From contig NC_134030.1 of assembly GCF_964204645.1 (NCBI RefSeq), positions 17,380,110-17,444,109 of the forward strand: a DNA stretch of 64,000 bases, written 5' to 3'. Below, in pieces: positions 34,330 to 48,165 of this stretch; positions within the stretch are counted from its first letter, which is position 1, and each line of letters opens with the position of its first letter. A program made the position numbers and the translations under genes. Source of the stretch: Tubulanus polymorphus (lineage: Eukaryota > Animalia > Nemertea). The notes under the pieces were generated by a model. It was given only the letters and a program-made list of their open reading frames with translations, was not told the DNA's origin and ran no database searches.

Positions 34330-34905
34330 AATATAGCTGCAAAGCAGCGATAACGGGTTTTCTGCAAATCCGCACCATGCCATTCAGGTTGATAGGAATT
34401 ATTGGAAATTTAAATGCCGATACATGAAATATAATGTATTGACAGATTCGAACCTAATATACAACCACTGTGTAAACGTCCAATGTGATTCAGCTTTGAA
34501 ACCGAACTTACGTGGACGTAAAGTCTATAAATATGAATGGATTAGACCTAGCATTTATTTTCTATCACCACGCTTAAAAATGGATCTGTTCTATTAAGAA
34601 ACTCAACTTAAGAATCTGCTGAGTCAATAGGTGTTGAATACATTTACGGATATAAGAACGTATTAGGATTTAGAATAGATTTCAAGGAATTAATCTTTTT
34701 ATTGGAATATTTGAATAAATATATATATTGTATTGTAGATTCAATCGATAGATTATGAATTGCTTTGGTCTGGGTATCGGGCCAATGTTGATTTTGGCTT
34801 TTATGGATTACTGATTCTATACTGATAAACAATTTAAACCTTGCAACACGTGCGTAAATATCAAACCTATTCCACTAGTTAAGAAACTGTTAGTCACTGC
34901 AAACT
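34330..34905 (+). repeat. Second copy of the 31371 repeat 5' part; empty site for the 31632 insertion
   Basis: Colinear with 31371-31631 + 32891-33185. Confidence 0.85.
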
Positions 34906-35186
34906 ATTCCAGTGTTATGTCGATCGTGTTAATCGCTTTGCTTCAGTTGAAAGAATCAGACCGTATATGGTATGTGTTGAGTTATGTTCTCAATTTACTC
35001 ATCTTAGTGTGAGAGATTGTTTATTGTTTATATACCGGGTGGATGCTGCATGTAACCAAGACACACATCTGTTTGTAATTATTCTTGCATCTCTTTGTAT
35101 TGTGGTTAAATAAAGATTAGTACGAGTCAGATAGTCAACGAAAGAAGACGTGTTATAGTTTCGCTGCTCAAGGATTTTCCCCCATC

Positions 35187-38100
35187 ATGGAAGGACAAAA
35201 CTCAACAGGTTATGGGCCCAGGGCACCAGCTGGACGCTATGGTCGACTTTATTACGATGGGGATGAAAGAAAATACGAACAATGGGAGGCAAAGTTTTTG
35301 GCTTAAATGAAAATACAAAAACTTAAAGCGGTAATTACCCAAGAAGCGGAAATTGATGATACGGACCTGGATTTAGTCGACAAAAATGAACAGGCGTACG
35401 CAGAACTCATACAGCTACTTGACGACAGGAGTCTGAGCCTGGTAATGCGTGAAGCTGCAGATGACAGTCGAAAAGCATTAGCGATTCTGCGACGTCATTA
35501 CCAAAATGAGGGAAAACCGAGGATCATTTCTCTTTATACGGAACTGACCTCACTAGTCATGAAGCCAAGTGAAAGTGTGACGGACTATATAATCCGCGCA
35601 GAAACGGCAGCAACAGCTTTAAAAACTGCCAAGGAGAACATAAGCGATAGCTTATTAATCGCGACGGTCCTAAAAGGTTTGGCGGATAGTTATAAACCTT
35701 TTGTGGCGATAATCACGCAGAAAGACGATGCCCAAACGTTCTTGGACTTTAAAAACGCCCTCAGAAGATTTGAGGAGACCGAAAAAGCGAGGAAAGATAC
35801 GGCAGAATCATCAGATGATCATGTGATGAAAAACAGTTTCCCCGCCAAAAATGTCAAGGACAGTCAAAATAGCGGGAATAGTAGTGGCCCTAAGTGTTTC
35901 AGATGTGGAAAGATTGGGCATTACAAAAAGGACTGCTACGCAAAATATTGTTCTACATGTAAGTCCAATACCCATAGTGATGAAAATTGTCGCGCACAAA
36001 ACCGCGGGAAAAACAACGGTCGAAAAGATAGATTTCATCGAGCGAAAGATGACGCCCGATCATCAGATGACGACGGTAACGAACATTCATTCTCATTTCT
36101 ATATAAAGCTGGGTGTGATCATAGAAAAATTCCTGATGTGAAATCTCAAAATATGCACATCCCGGTGAATGAAGATGCCCTGAAATCGTGTTCGAGCCGA
36201 AAGAAGAATTCAGATGATATGTTGGTGGATTGTGGAGCTACGTCTCATATACTTACGGACTTTGGATTATTCACGAAATTTAATGAAACATTTGTGCCGG
36301 AAAAACACACAATTGAACTGGCTAATGGAGAGCGCTCAACAAATGTGGCCGAAAAATGTGGAGATGCAGTAATTAATTTGAAAAACTCTGACGGAATAAA
36401 CGTGAAATTCGAACTCAAAGATGCTCTGTATGTCCCGAGTTATTCGCAGGACATTCTATCCGTTCGCGCTGTGACAAAAGAAGGAGCAACAGTCACATTC
36501 CGTCCCGAGAATGCAAATCTCAAGTTCAAAGGTAACATTTTTAACATTCATATGTCAGATAGATTGTATTATCTTAGTAGTGTGGATCAAAATGATTGTG
36601 ATTATGTTAGCATCACTCGTGACCTTCAAAGTTGGCACGAGGTCTTAGGTCATTGTAATTATGAAGATGTAATTTCATTAGAGCATGTAGTCGATGGTAT
36701 GAAAATCAAAGGTGTCACAAAAATCCCCGATGGTTGTATTGTGTGTACTATGGGAAAGCAAACGTGTGGTCGGAGTAGAGAGGCAAGGGCTAAATCCAAA
36801 GCTCCCCTAGATTTAGTGCATACTGATTTGGCAGGGCCAATTGAACCGGTATCCACTGAGGGATTCAAGTATGCGATTTCCTTTACTGACGACTATTCAG
36901 GGGCTGTGTCTGTATATTTCCTAAAAGCAAAAAGTAACACGACTGAGGCTACGGAAAAATTCCTGGCTGACATGGCACCCTTTGGTAAGGTAAAAAGGTT
37001 GAGATCAGACAGAGGGTCAGAATTTCTGTCTAATTCATTCAAGTCACTTATGAGTAGAAATCGCATAAGACACGATACCAGCGCCCCCTATAGTCCTCAT
37101 CAAAATGGTGTTAGTGAAAGGCATTGGAGAACACTATTCTCTATGGGTAGATGCCTGTTATTTCAGTCTGAGCTGCCAAAAGAAATGTGGCCGTATGCAG
37201 TTATGGCGGCAGGTTATATTAGATACAGGTGCTACAATAACCGGTTGAAAAAGACACCATTTCAAGCAGTCACAGGTAGAAAACCTAATGTGTCAAATAT
37301 GCAATCTTTTGGGTGCAGGTGTTTTGCCTACCAACAAAAGAAAACCAAGTTAGACTCAAGATGTGTTGAAGGTATTTTTGTAGGATATGATAAAAACAGC
37401 CCATCATATCCGGTGTATTTTCCTGAGACAAACAAAGTTCTGAGGTACAGGGTTGCGAAGTTTCACACCAAGAAGTTTGTAGAACAACAAACACAAACAG
37501 GTGCACATGATGATGATGTTTCTTTATGTGAGTTTCCAATAATCAAATCTGACACAAATAGCAGCTCAAATGGTTCCAAAGTTCAACCACAATTAACAAC
37601 TGTCAGTAACCAAGGGACCAGTAACTCACATGATGAAACTGATGAGTCGAGATACCCCAGGCGTAAGAGAAAGCCTCCTGCTTATCTCAATGACTATATA
37701 AGTGATTCAGATTTAGAAAGTTCATGTAACGATGACCATATGTTATTTGTATCGGACTCAAATGTAGATTATTTGTGTAAGACTAAAGTTCACCCTGTGA
37801 ACTATAGTGAGGCAATAGCATCCCCTGAGGCACAGCAGTGGCACGAGGCAATGAAGGAAGAGATTAAATCCTTAAAAGAGAATGACACATACTCTTTATG
37901 TAAATTGCCAGAGGGTAAACATGCTGTGGGGGGTAGATGGGTTTACACAGTCAAAACAAAACCTGATGGATCAGAGCTGTATAAGGCAAGATATGTAGCC
38001 AAGGGCTATAGTCAAATTGAAGGGGTTGATTACAAGGAGACTTTTTCTCCTACTGCTAAACTCACATCTGTTAGAATCCTTATACAATTAGCAGCTCAAA

Positions 38101-39328
38101 ACAATTTGAAACTTGAACAAATGGATGTTAAAACAGCATACTTGAACGCCCCTATCGACTGTGAGTTGTACATGGAACAGCCAGAGGGCTTCAGTGTAAA
38201 ATCAAAAAGTGGTGATAAGTTGTATTGTAAGCTCAACAAATCTATGTATGGTCTAAAACAAAGCGGCAGAAATTGGAATAACTTGCTCCATGACCATTTG
38301 ATAGACCATGGGTTTGACCAAGGTTTAGTTGACCAATGCCTGTATATAAAATATGTAAATAATGAAATGGTGATTATGTTAGTATGGGTCGATGACGTCC
38401 TAATTGGTGCAAGTAGAGATGATTTAATGTTTAAAACTAAACAAATGCTGAGCGACAGATTTAAAATGAAAGACCTGGGGAATATCTCCTGGTTCTTAGG
38501 CATTGAATTCGAACAGGGTGACGGTGAAATAACAATGAGTCAGAAAATGTACATAAACAAAATCCTTGAAAATTCCAAATGTCTGATTGCAAACCAAGAA
38601 AGACCCCATGTGAACAAAAACTGTCATTTAATGAAAATGCGGAGCGATACGATGCTAAGAAATATAGGGAGTGCATTGGTAGTTTGATTTATGCAATGAC
38701 TTGTACTAGACCAGATATTAGCTATGTAGTAACCAAACTATCACAATATTTATCAAACCCAACAGTTGAACACTGGACGGCAGCAAAGCATGTGCTCCGA
38801 TATTTGAAAGGTACTAGTCATTACAAATTAGTGTATAGAAAGGATGAAAATGGGTTAAAACTCTCAGGTTATAGCGATGCAGACTGGGCATCATCTGCTG
38901 ATGATAGGAAGAGTGTTACGGGTTATTGTTTCAGTTTATCTGACCAGAGTGCATTGATATCCTGGAAATGTAGGAAACAGCCTACGGTAGCTTTGTCTTC
39001 GTGCGAATCAGAATATATGGCTTTAGCGGCGGCCACTAAAGAAGCTCTGTACTTATCCCAATTTCTAATTGAAATTGACCCCAACGGTAGCTACGCCCCA
39101 GTCACATTGTACGAGGACAACCAAGGCACTATCGCACTGGCCAAAAACCCCGTCAATCATCAGCGCTCTAAACATATCGACATACGATATCATTTTATTC
39201 TTACAGAGCAAAACAATGGCAAAATTGAAAGCATGTATTGTCCTACGGAACGAATGATAGCTGATGTTCTGACAAAGCCAGCAACAGATTTTAAGTTGAG
39301 AGAGTTTCATCCAAATATTTTTGGTTAG
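35187..39328 (+). pseudogene. Copia gag-PR-IN-RT-RH polyprotein with one nonsense codon (35304-06) and one frameshift (~38570)
   Basis: CFRCGKIGH..C; VDCGATSH; WHEVLGH, HTDLAGP, RSDRGSEF, QNGVSER; KARYVAKGY, MDVKTAYL, YGLKQSGR, WVDD; YSDADWA, EDNQG, KHIDIRYH. Confidence 0.97.
35208..35221 (+). promoter_or_regulatory. Copia-type PBS for the 5'-half fragment of tRNAi-Met
   Basis: GGTTATGGGCCCAG directly after the LTR, as in Drosophila copia. Confidence 0.9.
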
Positions 39329-40364
39329 AAAAACTGCTTTGTTAAAAGTGTACCATATTAAACGGCATGTAAACATTGATGCTACACCCACAATGCTTAT
39401 AAACACGAAAGCACGTGTTTACTGTGTATAGGGATTTTGTAAATGTTGTCAATTATAGTATGCATGGTAATAGCGAACATTTTAAAGAGTAGAATATTGA
39501 CCATTTATGAAAGATGATTTAACCAATTACAGATGATTAGTTTTTGATATTTATCTGACGCAAAAGTTAGATTGCCAAATAATGAATATGTTATGAAATA
39601 TGAGTAATATGTATTTTAATAATCTATCAATTGAGAATCATGTGGGGGTGTTGAGTTATGTTCTCAATTTACTCATCTTAGTGTGAGAGATTGTTTATTG
39701 TTTATATACCGGGTGGATGCTGCATGTAACCAAGACACACATCTGTTTGTAATTATTCTTGTATCTCTTTGTATTGTGGTTAAATAAAGATTAGTACGAG
39801 TCAGATAGTCAACGAAAGAAGACGTGTTATAGTTTCTCTGCTCAAGGATTTTCCCCCATCATGGAAGGACAAAACCCAACAGTATGATGCAACATCGGTC
39901 GAAGAGAGTTGGTGTTGACTGACTGCCCTTGACCATTTATCTTCATGTGTTTGACATCAGCATATACCCATGAACTGCAAAATTTTCATAGAACATGAAA
40001 ACGTATATACATGTATACAGTATTCAAACTTTCACCGATGTTGGATATTTGATAAACATTGGCTTATTTCAATATTTTAAAGCAGGAAATAATAAGCCCA
40101 AATCAATAGGCCGTATTTCCATTGGTATAATGCGTTCAGCTGTACCGTACACTCATCTGTCGAAATTGGAGAAATCGGTATACCAAACCTACGTACAGCA
40201 AAATGTACAGGCCTACATAATGATTTCTTGTTTTCCTGTATACAAGCCGTGATCACACTAACGTTTTGGATCTAGGTTTGACTATAAATGTCAGGTCAGC
40301 AGACAAGGCCTGAGCAAAATTTAATCACATGGCTCAAATAGCCTTTCTGTGTGCGAATACTTTA

Positions 40365-40797
40365 AGGTAGGGGGACACACGAGCGTATTTCTTCACCCGG
40401 TCGCGACGATTAAATTTGCCAGTGAATTTGCCGCCGAATTTATACGCCCGATACAGCCCGAGTGGGCACAAGTAGCGATGAAACCGAAATTTGGTCAGCG
40501 ACCGGTACTTAGTGGAAGAGAGTTAACAACTTACATGATATCAACTATGCATCCTATTGGTTGATAAAAATGGATCGCGCGGCGGAATTCGCTGAGTACG
40601 AGCAGATGAGGGAGGGAATTTGCGGGCGATCCGATCGCCGGTGTAAATAATCGGTCGAAAATATTAAACATGTATGATACGGGCGATCGAGTCGGCGGAC
40701 GAAATCGTCGTCGCCGTGAATGGCCACACGAGCGATTTTTTTGGGCGATTTATAAATTCGCCGCGATCGGGTCAAAAACATACGCGTGCCCCTACCT
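40365..40797. mobile_element. PIF/Harbinger-type MITE
   Basis: Imperfect TIRs AGGTAGGGG(G)CAC.../...GTGCCCCTACCT; TSD TTA on both sides. Confidence 0.8.
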
Positions 40798-40862
40798 TTA
40801 TACTACATTGTTTTAATAATATCGAGGGAAAAGTAAATATACTGAATTAGATTTTAGGCTAG

Positions 40863-43800
40863 TGATCCGCAGCAAGATTTCGTAGTAGCTAAAAAATGTT
40901 TGTAATGTTGATTTCCTATATGCGTTGGTGGTTATTAATGGTTTCAGACAGCAAACGGAGTAAGATGTAGTAAGCAGGTTGTTGTTTGATGCTTTGATCT
41001 ATCAGCGCTGACCATAAATCCGCCTGGTGTAAAAATAATTTTTTCTCGGCTCTTCTGCTGCGATATCTGGCCAATATTCAGGAATCTTTTTATAAACTTA
41101 AGTATAGACGGAACCGTATTTGGTTGGGTCGGAACAATGGGTTGCATTAATAATGTGGCTGGTGGAAGGATCACGCTGTTACTTCATGATACTCCCGAGA
41201 ACTTTCTATAAAAAGAAAAACGGAAGTATGGGGAGACATTGTTGTTTTGCTTTATCCCGTATTGTAATAAAATTAGTATAACAGTTGTAGAATGATTTTA
41301 AGAATAGTAATTGATCACAATGTATTTCCGAATCAAAAGTAATCATGATAAGTTAAAAAGAAACGATGAGTTTGTACCGACGAATACTAAAGTTTCGAAA
41401 ATATATTTAATTTGAGTATTCTAGATGTTGATTAAGAACAAAGTCTCTATAATCGCTGAATTTTTAGGAAAATTAATTTGTGTTAAATGTTTATACTAGC
41501 TTTCTAAATTTTCTCTTGTTGTATACGTGAGTTGGTAATTCGCAAAGAGTAGCTGTTCTCTCAACGTTGATAAGCAAGGAGTGAGTAAATCATTCCGCGT
41601 CATGACAGGAGGGTTGGAAGGAAAAAGTTAGTTTAGCAAATCAGTTTCCCAAATAATTTTAGATCAGCGAATCAGTAAGGCTAAATTCTACATGACCAAA
41701 ACAGTCATGACAGTTAGGTTGCTGCTCCTTGCCAAAAGTCGAGTGGGAGAGTCGGTATTTTAAGAGTGCCGGTTCTTTCTATAAAAGGGACCCGCAGTTT
41801 TGGGAGAACAGACACTCAAAAGACACTCGAAAGTCACTCAATTTAGTTCGATTGGGAGGGGATAATTTGGACCTTGTTTAGAGAGTTTTGTTACTAACAA
41901 GAGTGTAGGCTAGGGATCATTTTAAGAGCTAGGATCTGGATTGTGTTAACTGGAGGATTCAGATTAATTACTAAGGTAAATAAATTCGTTTTACTACCGA
42001 TATATTCATTCAAATTTCCGGTATTTTAGTTCTTACTTGCACGGACACGTTCTCTCGCCAGGGACCGATCATCGCTTTTATTAATATACGACTAAGGAGA
42101 GGATTGTGACCGGTGTGTCACTGGTGCTGAAACCCCGTGTATTGGTTAACATTGGTGCCGAAACCCCGTCTGTTGGTTAACGTTGATGCCGAAATCCGGT
42201 CTGTTAATTATTATTAGTGCCGAATCTCGTACTTTTAATCTGTTGTGCTGTAACCTTTTATAGTGCTTATTCGTTATTGAGATGTGGGATTCGAACCCAC
42301 CAAACACACAATGATCTGAAATACTGGCAGGGTTTGTGAACCGTCGTGGGATTCAAACCCACCCCTGCATGCCCATGTGTAATACCGGAGGAGTGTCGGG
42401 GACCTCTGTGGGATTCTAACCCACACGCCATGCAGGTCGACACCGATGGGGCTGCAGTTCAGCCATTGAGGGGTTCGAACCCTCCTCCACCTTGTCTATT
42501 GCCAAAACCGTCCAGCCATGATGGGGGATCGAACCTACATCTCTTTTTTGGGTCAGAAATTTTTAACAATGTTATTTTAGATAAGTATTCGTTTAAAGAT
42601 ATACAATGTCGACAGGAGGTGGACGACGTACGGCGCGGGTGGCTCACGGGAACGACCAGCTGTAAGCTACGTCACTGTTCTGTAGACCCTCTCTGGCCTT
42701 CGCGAACAGGTGGACACAGCCATGGCGTTCATGAATTTCTCTATGCTCCCTAAATTTAGGGGACGAGACGACCAGTGCGTCTCTGATTGGTTCAAAGGAT
42801 TTGACCGTTTGGCCGATCTAAGGGGTTGGGACGATGACGCTAAAAAGAAACAGCTATATTGGTTTTTAGCTGGCCCAGCCTTAGTTCTATTTAATGACCT
42901 CCGCATTGATCAGGGAACCGCTGCGACCGGCGCTAAAATTGTCACTCCTTGGGACCATATTGTCCATGCATTTTGTACACAATTCAGCCCCACCTTGTGG
43001 GCCTTGGTCAAGGAGTCAGCCTTGACGACAATGCAACAGGGGGAAACGCAACCGGACGATAGTTTGCGGAGGAGATTGATCGTCTGGCCTCAAGTTTGAA
43101 ATTTTCAGACCATCAAAAAAGATGTTATTAATTAATAAGTCCCGCCCTGATATTTCTGTCTATTTGCTGTCACAGCGTCCTACGACCTTTAGGGATGCAT
43201 GGGAAGCAGCCAGAATGGCTGAACATATTGAACAACTAAATGCTCTGTCATCTCCCAAGGTATCGCAAATTGGGACCGAACCAAATAAGGCGATAGGAGA
43301 TGTCATGACTGAGCTACGGGACATGTTTCGCCAGATCATGGACATACAAAAATCATCCCGTACTCGGCGAAATGATACAGGGACCTCCTATAGTGAGAAC
43401 CGTCCATCACAAAGGTCACAAGATGGGCAGGTGGTGTGCTATCAATGTCACGCCCCCGGTCATTACGTCAGGAATGTCCATCTTACGACCAACAAAGGTC
43501 ACGGGTCTCGCCAAACCGGGATGCATTTCAGCTTGATAACCACCGTCCCCAAAATTCTGGTAGGGGTCAGTTTCGGTCATAGAATCTTGGGCGTGGTTCC
43601 CAAGGGGTTAATCGAACATTTGGTCAGGGAAACGACCGGAGACCTCATCCTATGGACCGACAAGGATGGGGTCGCGAAATGGATAGTCAACAAAGCCGTT
43701 GCCCGATGGGGCGATAAGGAGTGATTTTTGGTGGGACGACTCATATTCGGGGTATCATAGATTTGACAATGACAGTTCAGTAATTGACGATTATATTTTT

Positions 43801-46800
43801 GATGATGTTGATGATTATTTTGAGGACGATAGGGATGATATATTGTCATTTGATCAAGGCGACATGCTAGCTGACTCATTATCTCTTTATTTTGAACCTG
43901 AGGGGAACTGTAATGCAGATTACTTATATGACAATGAATCTTTACATTTAGATAAGTTTATTGGTTATCACCCTCCTTCATGGGGTGCCGATGACGTTTA
44001 TGACATTCAAGATCGTAACTTCGACAATTCCCAGTTGTCGTTAGGTGAAAATTTTCATATGGATCGGGGATCCAATTTTGAGGACATCTGGAATTCCCAG
44101 TTGTCGGCTACTTACGAGCATATAAAAAGACATAGGAGGGTTACGTTAAGCGATCCGGTTGAATTGCAGGAGGTACGTGCTGATATGGCGTGCTCCGGTG
44201 ACAATATTAGTGTTGATAGGTCACACCCTAGAGGGGTTACTGGTCCGACGGATTCGGCAGAAGATGACCTTGTTAGAGATAGGAAGTCTCATTTAGATTG
44301 TCACGAAGGCGCTTTTGATCAGTATAGGAACCCAGCAATCTCCGAATCAGCAATACAATGTGATCTTGTGTCATCAGATTCAAGTATTAGTAATAATTCA
44401 CGATCGGAATGTCTTAATGATCAGAGTAATATGAAAACTATTTTGTCAAAGATATCTAGTCAGGAGTCAATGTCGGAGAATTTGTGTCACTCGTTTGAAA
44501 GACGACAGAACTTTCCTGTCACCTCAAATACCAGCGGTTTTCATCAACCAGTTGGTGATGAAATGTCCAACGAACAGGACAGAGGTCAGGTTGTCCCCAC
44601 GTCTAAACCGATTATGCCAATCAAATGTTGGGATAGGAGATTCGAACTCTGAGTCCCAACCAAGTGTTCACTGTCAGGAACAACTTCCACATGTTACGAC
44701 GACTTTAGGTAACACGTCAGCCAACGACATAGGGTCCTTTTCCAGTCGGAACAACACTATTGGACAGGAGGCTTATTCCCCGTCAATCATGGGGGACTGC
44801 CGCCAACCGAGTGACTGGTAGTCATTTAGGGACACCGTTAAACATTTTGATTGATACGGGTACCTGAAATTCTGTACTGCCTAACAATTACTTTATCAAT
44901 CATTCTTTGATATCGAATGGCCCTTTGCAGGAGGGAATTTCAGTCCGCCCGTGGGGTAGACGGTACTAAATTTGATTTAAAAGGTGTTATTTCCGTAGAT
45001 TTTGTATTAGGAAATTTGGACGTGTCACATTCTATGTACGTGGTGGATGGAGTGCTAAAAAGGCTCTCTTGTTGCCAGGCGCTGACATAATTTACTTTAG
45101 TAATGATGTCATCTTGGGAAAATCTTCATCGGTTAAAGTCACGCGTATGACGGTTATTCCACCTACATGCGATGTCACCGTAGACCGTAAGTGGTTAAAT
45201 GACAAGTCTCAGTCATCGATTGCGGTCTTTGAGCCTGTTAATTATTTTAGGATGCGTGATCTCATGAGCGCAAGGTCACTTGTTAGCGTCATGCCATCAA
45301 GGCATCGGCTTCGGGTCACGAACCCAACGTCAAGACACGTCACCCTCTTTGAAGATACGTGTCGTAGTGATTCGTGGACATATGGGTGGTCACTTGACCG
45401 ATCACTCAAAACAGAGACGAAGTCAGGTCAGCTTCCTCGGCCAGTGGCGGTGTCTGTCACACATATGGAAGACCCTCAGACGTCAGACGAAATTTGTAAG
45501 TATAATCGAGTTATTTAGAGTTTGGATCAAGATGCATACGTCCTATTGAAAATTATGAATTGTATACGGTAAGCGTCTCCTCAGTATGTTATCAAAACAT
45601 AATTACATTAGTATTATGAAACTGTAGTATATAAAACGCATTATTGCCAATGAGTTAACTCATGATCTGGGTTTGATTTAATACAGGAGATAAAGAAAAC
45701 CATAAATAAAAATGAATAATAGCTTGATTGTCTTGATATTGGTCTTTTGCTGACATATCAATTGTCATCAGGGTTTATTATCTGTAGTCTGAATGGATGT
45801 CATTGATTGTCAGTTAGAAAAGAAAGATTTATGAAATTGTTATATAATCTCTGTGTTTTTATTTGATTATAAGGTACCCGTATCGGATGTGTGAAGATGA
45901 AACCGTCGAGATATGACAGCACTAGGATGGAAGAATGCCTTCTTCTGTCAACTGCAATAGATGTTGACGGGTACCCCCCTGATAGTGACCATATGGAGAT
46001 GGGGACTTGTTGGGAGGTATCCTGAAACTCTATTCGACGCAACTGATAGTATGATAAACCAGCAACTGGTATGCTCTGGCCGAGATGGATGATACTAATT
46101 CGCCGATTTGTCAAATAACAAGGAAACGGAGCGAATATACGACCTACAACAGCGTACTTTGGACGTTGGTTTTAACGGGATGGATTCATGTTCGATGTTA
46201 ATCATACAATTATGGCCCTGGTTAGCGGAGCTTGTCACTCTCGAAGACTTGTTATATACTCACAAACTTAAGTGATGAAGGGTGGACAAAGACACCTGGC
46301 CAATGAGATACGAAATGAACAGAAAAACGAGAAATCCCGTAGACATTTTAGCGGGGTAAAGTCGAGTGTGTTCAAGATGGCTACCATGTATTCACATTTA
46401 CGTTCAATGGAATGCTGTTCGCGCAAGCAGTATGATGCAAATACACTTCTGTTCCGTTTCTATATTAACTGTCGAGAAAAGACTCCGATATAGTAACCAT
46501 AGTATTATAACGTCTATGAATAGCGAGCAAGTATCAGCTGAACATGGATGCGTTTTGCCGTACTAACGACGTAGCAGTACGCACTGCGAGGAACTGCGGT
46601 GGATGACGTCATTCGTCCGTCCATGACGTACTTTGTTGTGGCTGGTAGCTATTGCGTCACTTCGCGGTGAATTTCAAACTCAAACTATGAACTGTTATGT
46701 GCTTGACTTTTTCATTGTTAAGTGTGCGGAGACAGCGGTCTCAATGTACTTTTTTCCGATTGGGTATCCTGAACTCTGATACGCGTTGTTGTGATGAACT

Positions 46801-48165
46801 TTAAACAGTTACTCGTATAGCATGAATTGTGTCTTTTATTGATGTTCTTTTTCAGGATCTGTCTAGGGAGGTTTCAGCGTGATTTTCATGAGTAGTCTAA
46901 ATGAAATTTAAGCTGGATGGGGAGTGATGATCCACAGCAAGATTTCGTAGTAGCTAAAAAATGTTTGTAATGTTGATTTCCTGTATGCGTTGGTGGTTAT
47001 TAATGGTTTCAGACAGCAAACGTAGTAAGATGTAGTAAGCAGGTTGTTATTTGATGCTTTGGTCTATCAGCGCTGACCATAAATCAGCCTGGTGTAAAAA
47101 TAATTTTTTCTCGGTTCTTCTGCTGCGATATCTGGCAAACATTCAGAAATCTTTTTATAAACTTACGGAACCGTATTTGGTTGGGTCGGAACAATGGGTT
47201 GCATTAATAATGTGGCTGGTGGAAGGATCACGCTGTTACTTCATGATAATCCCGAGTACTTTCTTTAAAAAGAAAAACGGAAGTATGGGGAGACATTGTT
47301 GTTTTGCTTTATCCCGTATTATAATAAAATTAGTATAACAGTTGTAGAATGATTTTAAGAATAGTAATTGATCATGATGTATTTCCGAAACAAAAGTAAT
47401 CATGATAGGTTAAAAAGAAACGATGAGTTTGTACCGACGAATACTAAAGTTTCGAAAATATATTTAATTTGAGTATTCTGGATGTTAATTAAGAACAAAG
47501 TCTCTATAATCGCTAAATTTGTAGGAGTTTATTTGTGTTAAATGCTTATACTAGCTCTCTAAAGTTTCTCTTGTTGTATACGTCTGTTGGTAATTCGCAA
47601 AGAGTAGCTGTTCTCTCAACGATGATAAGCAAGGAGTGAGTAAATCATTCCGCGTCATGATAGGAAGGTTGGAAGGAAAAAGTTAGTTTAGCAAATCAGT
47701 TTCCCAAATAATTTTAGATCAGCGAATCAGTAAGGCTAAATTCTACATGACTAAAACAATCATGACAGTTAGGTTGCTGCTCCTTGCCAAAAGTCGAGAG
47801 GGAGAGTCGGTATTTTAAGAAGGGACCCGCAGTTTTGGGAGAGCAGACACTCAAAAGACACTCGAAAGTCACTCAATAGAGTTCGATTGGGAGGTGATAT
47901 TCTGGTATTCTGGACCTTGTTTAGAGAGTTTTGTTACCAACAGGAGTGTAGGCTAGGGATCATTTTAAGAGCTAGGATCTGGATTGTGTTAACTGGAGAG
48001 TTCAGATTAATTACTAAGGTAAATAAATTCGTTTTATTATCGATATATTCATTCAAGTTTTCGGTATTTTAGTTTCTACTTGGGTTTGTGCACGGACACG
48101 TTCTCTCGCCCGATCATCGCTTTCATTAATATATAACTAAGGAGAGGATTGTGACCGGTGTATCG
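40863..48165 (+). mobile_element. Family A copy 3, older and internally deleted
   Basis: LTRs 40863-42120 and 46928-48165; TSD CTAG (40859-62, 48166-69); frameshifted gag 42710-43660, acidic ORF 43699-44820, broken PR 44820-45518; ORF3 absent. Confidence 0.95.
42122..42232 (+). repeat. Four tandem degenerate tRNA-Phe PBS copies, 31-bp period
   Basis: TGGTGCTGAAACCCC 42122, TGGTGCCGAAACCCC 42153, TGATGCCGAAATCCGG 42184, TAGTGCCGAATCTCG 42215. Confidence 0.9.

Larger units (their letters stand above)
34975..39881 (+). mobile_element. Ty1/Copia LTR retrotransposon, young
   Basis: 233-bp LTRs 34975-35207 and 39649-39881 (3 differences seen); TSD GTATG; PBS GGTTATGGGCCCAG; PPT-like GTGGGGG. Confidence 0.98.

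Noticed and set aside
34129-34353. Poly-Asn/poly-Ile ORF
   Set aside because: Translation of (AAT)n/(ATT)n microsatellites
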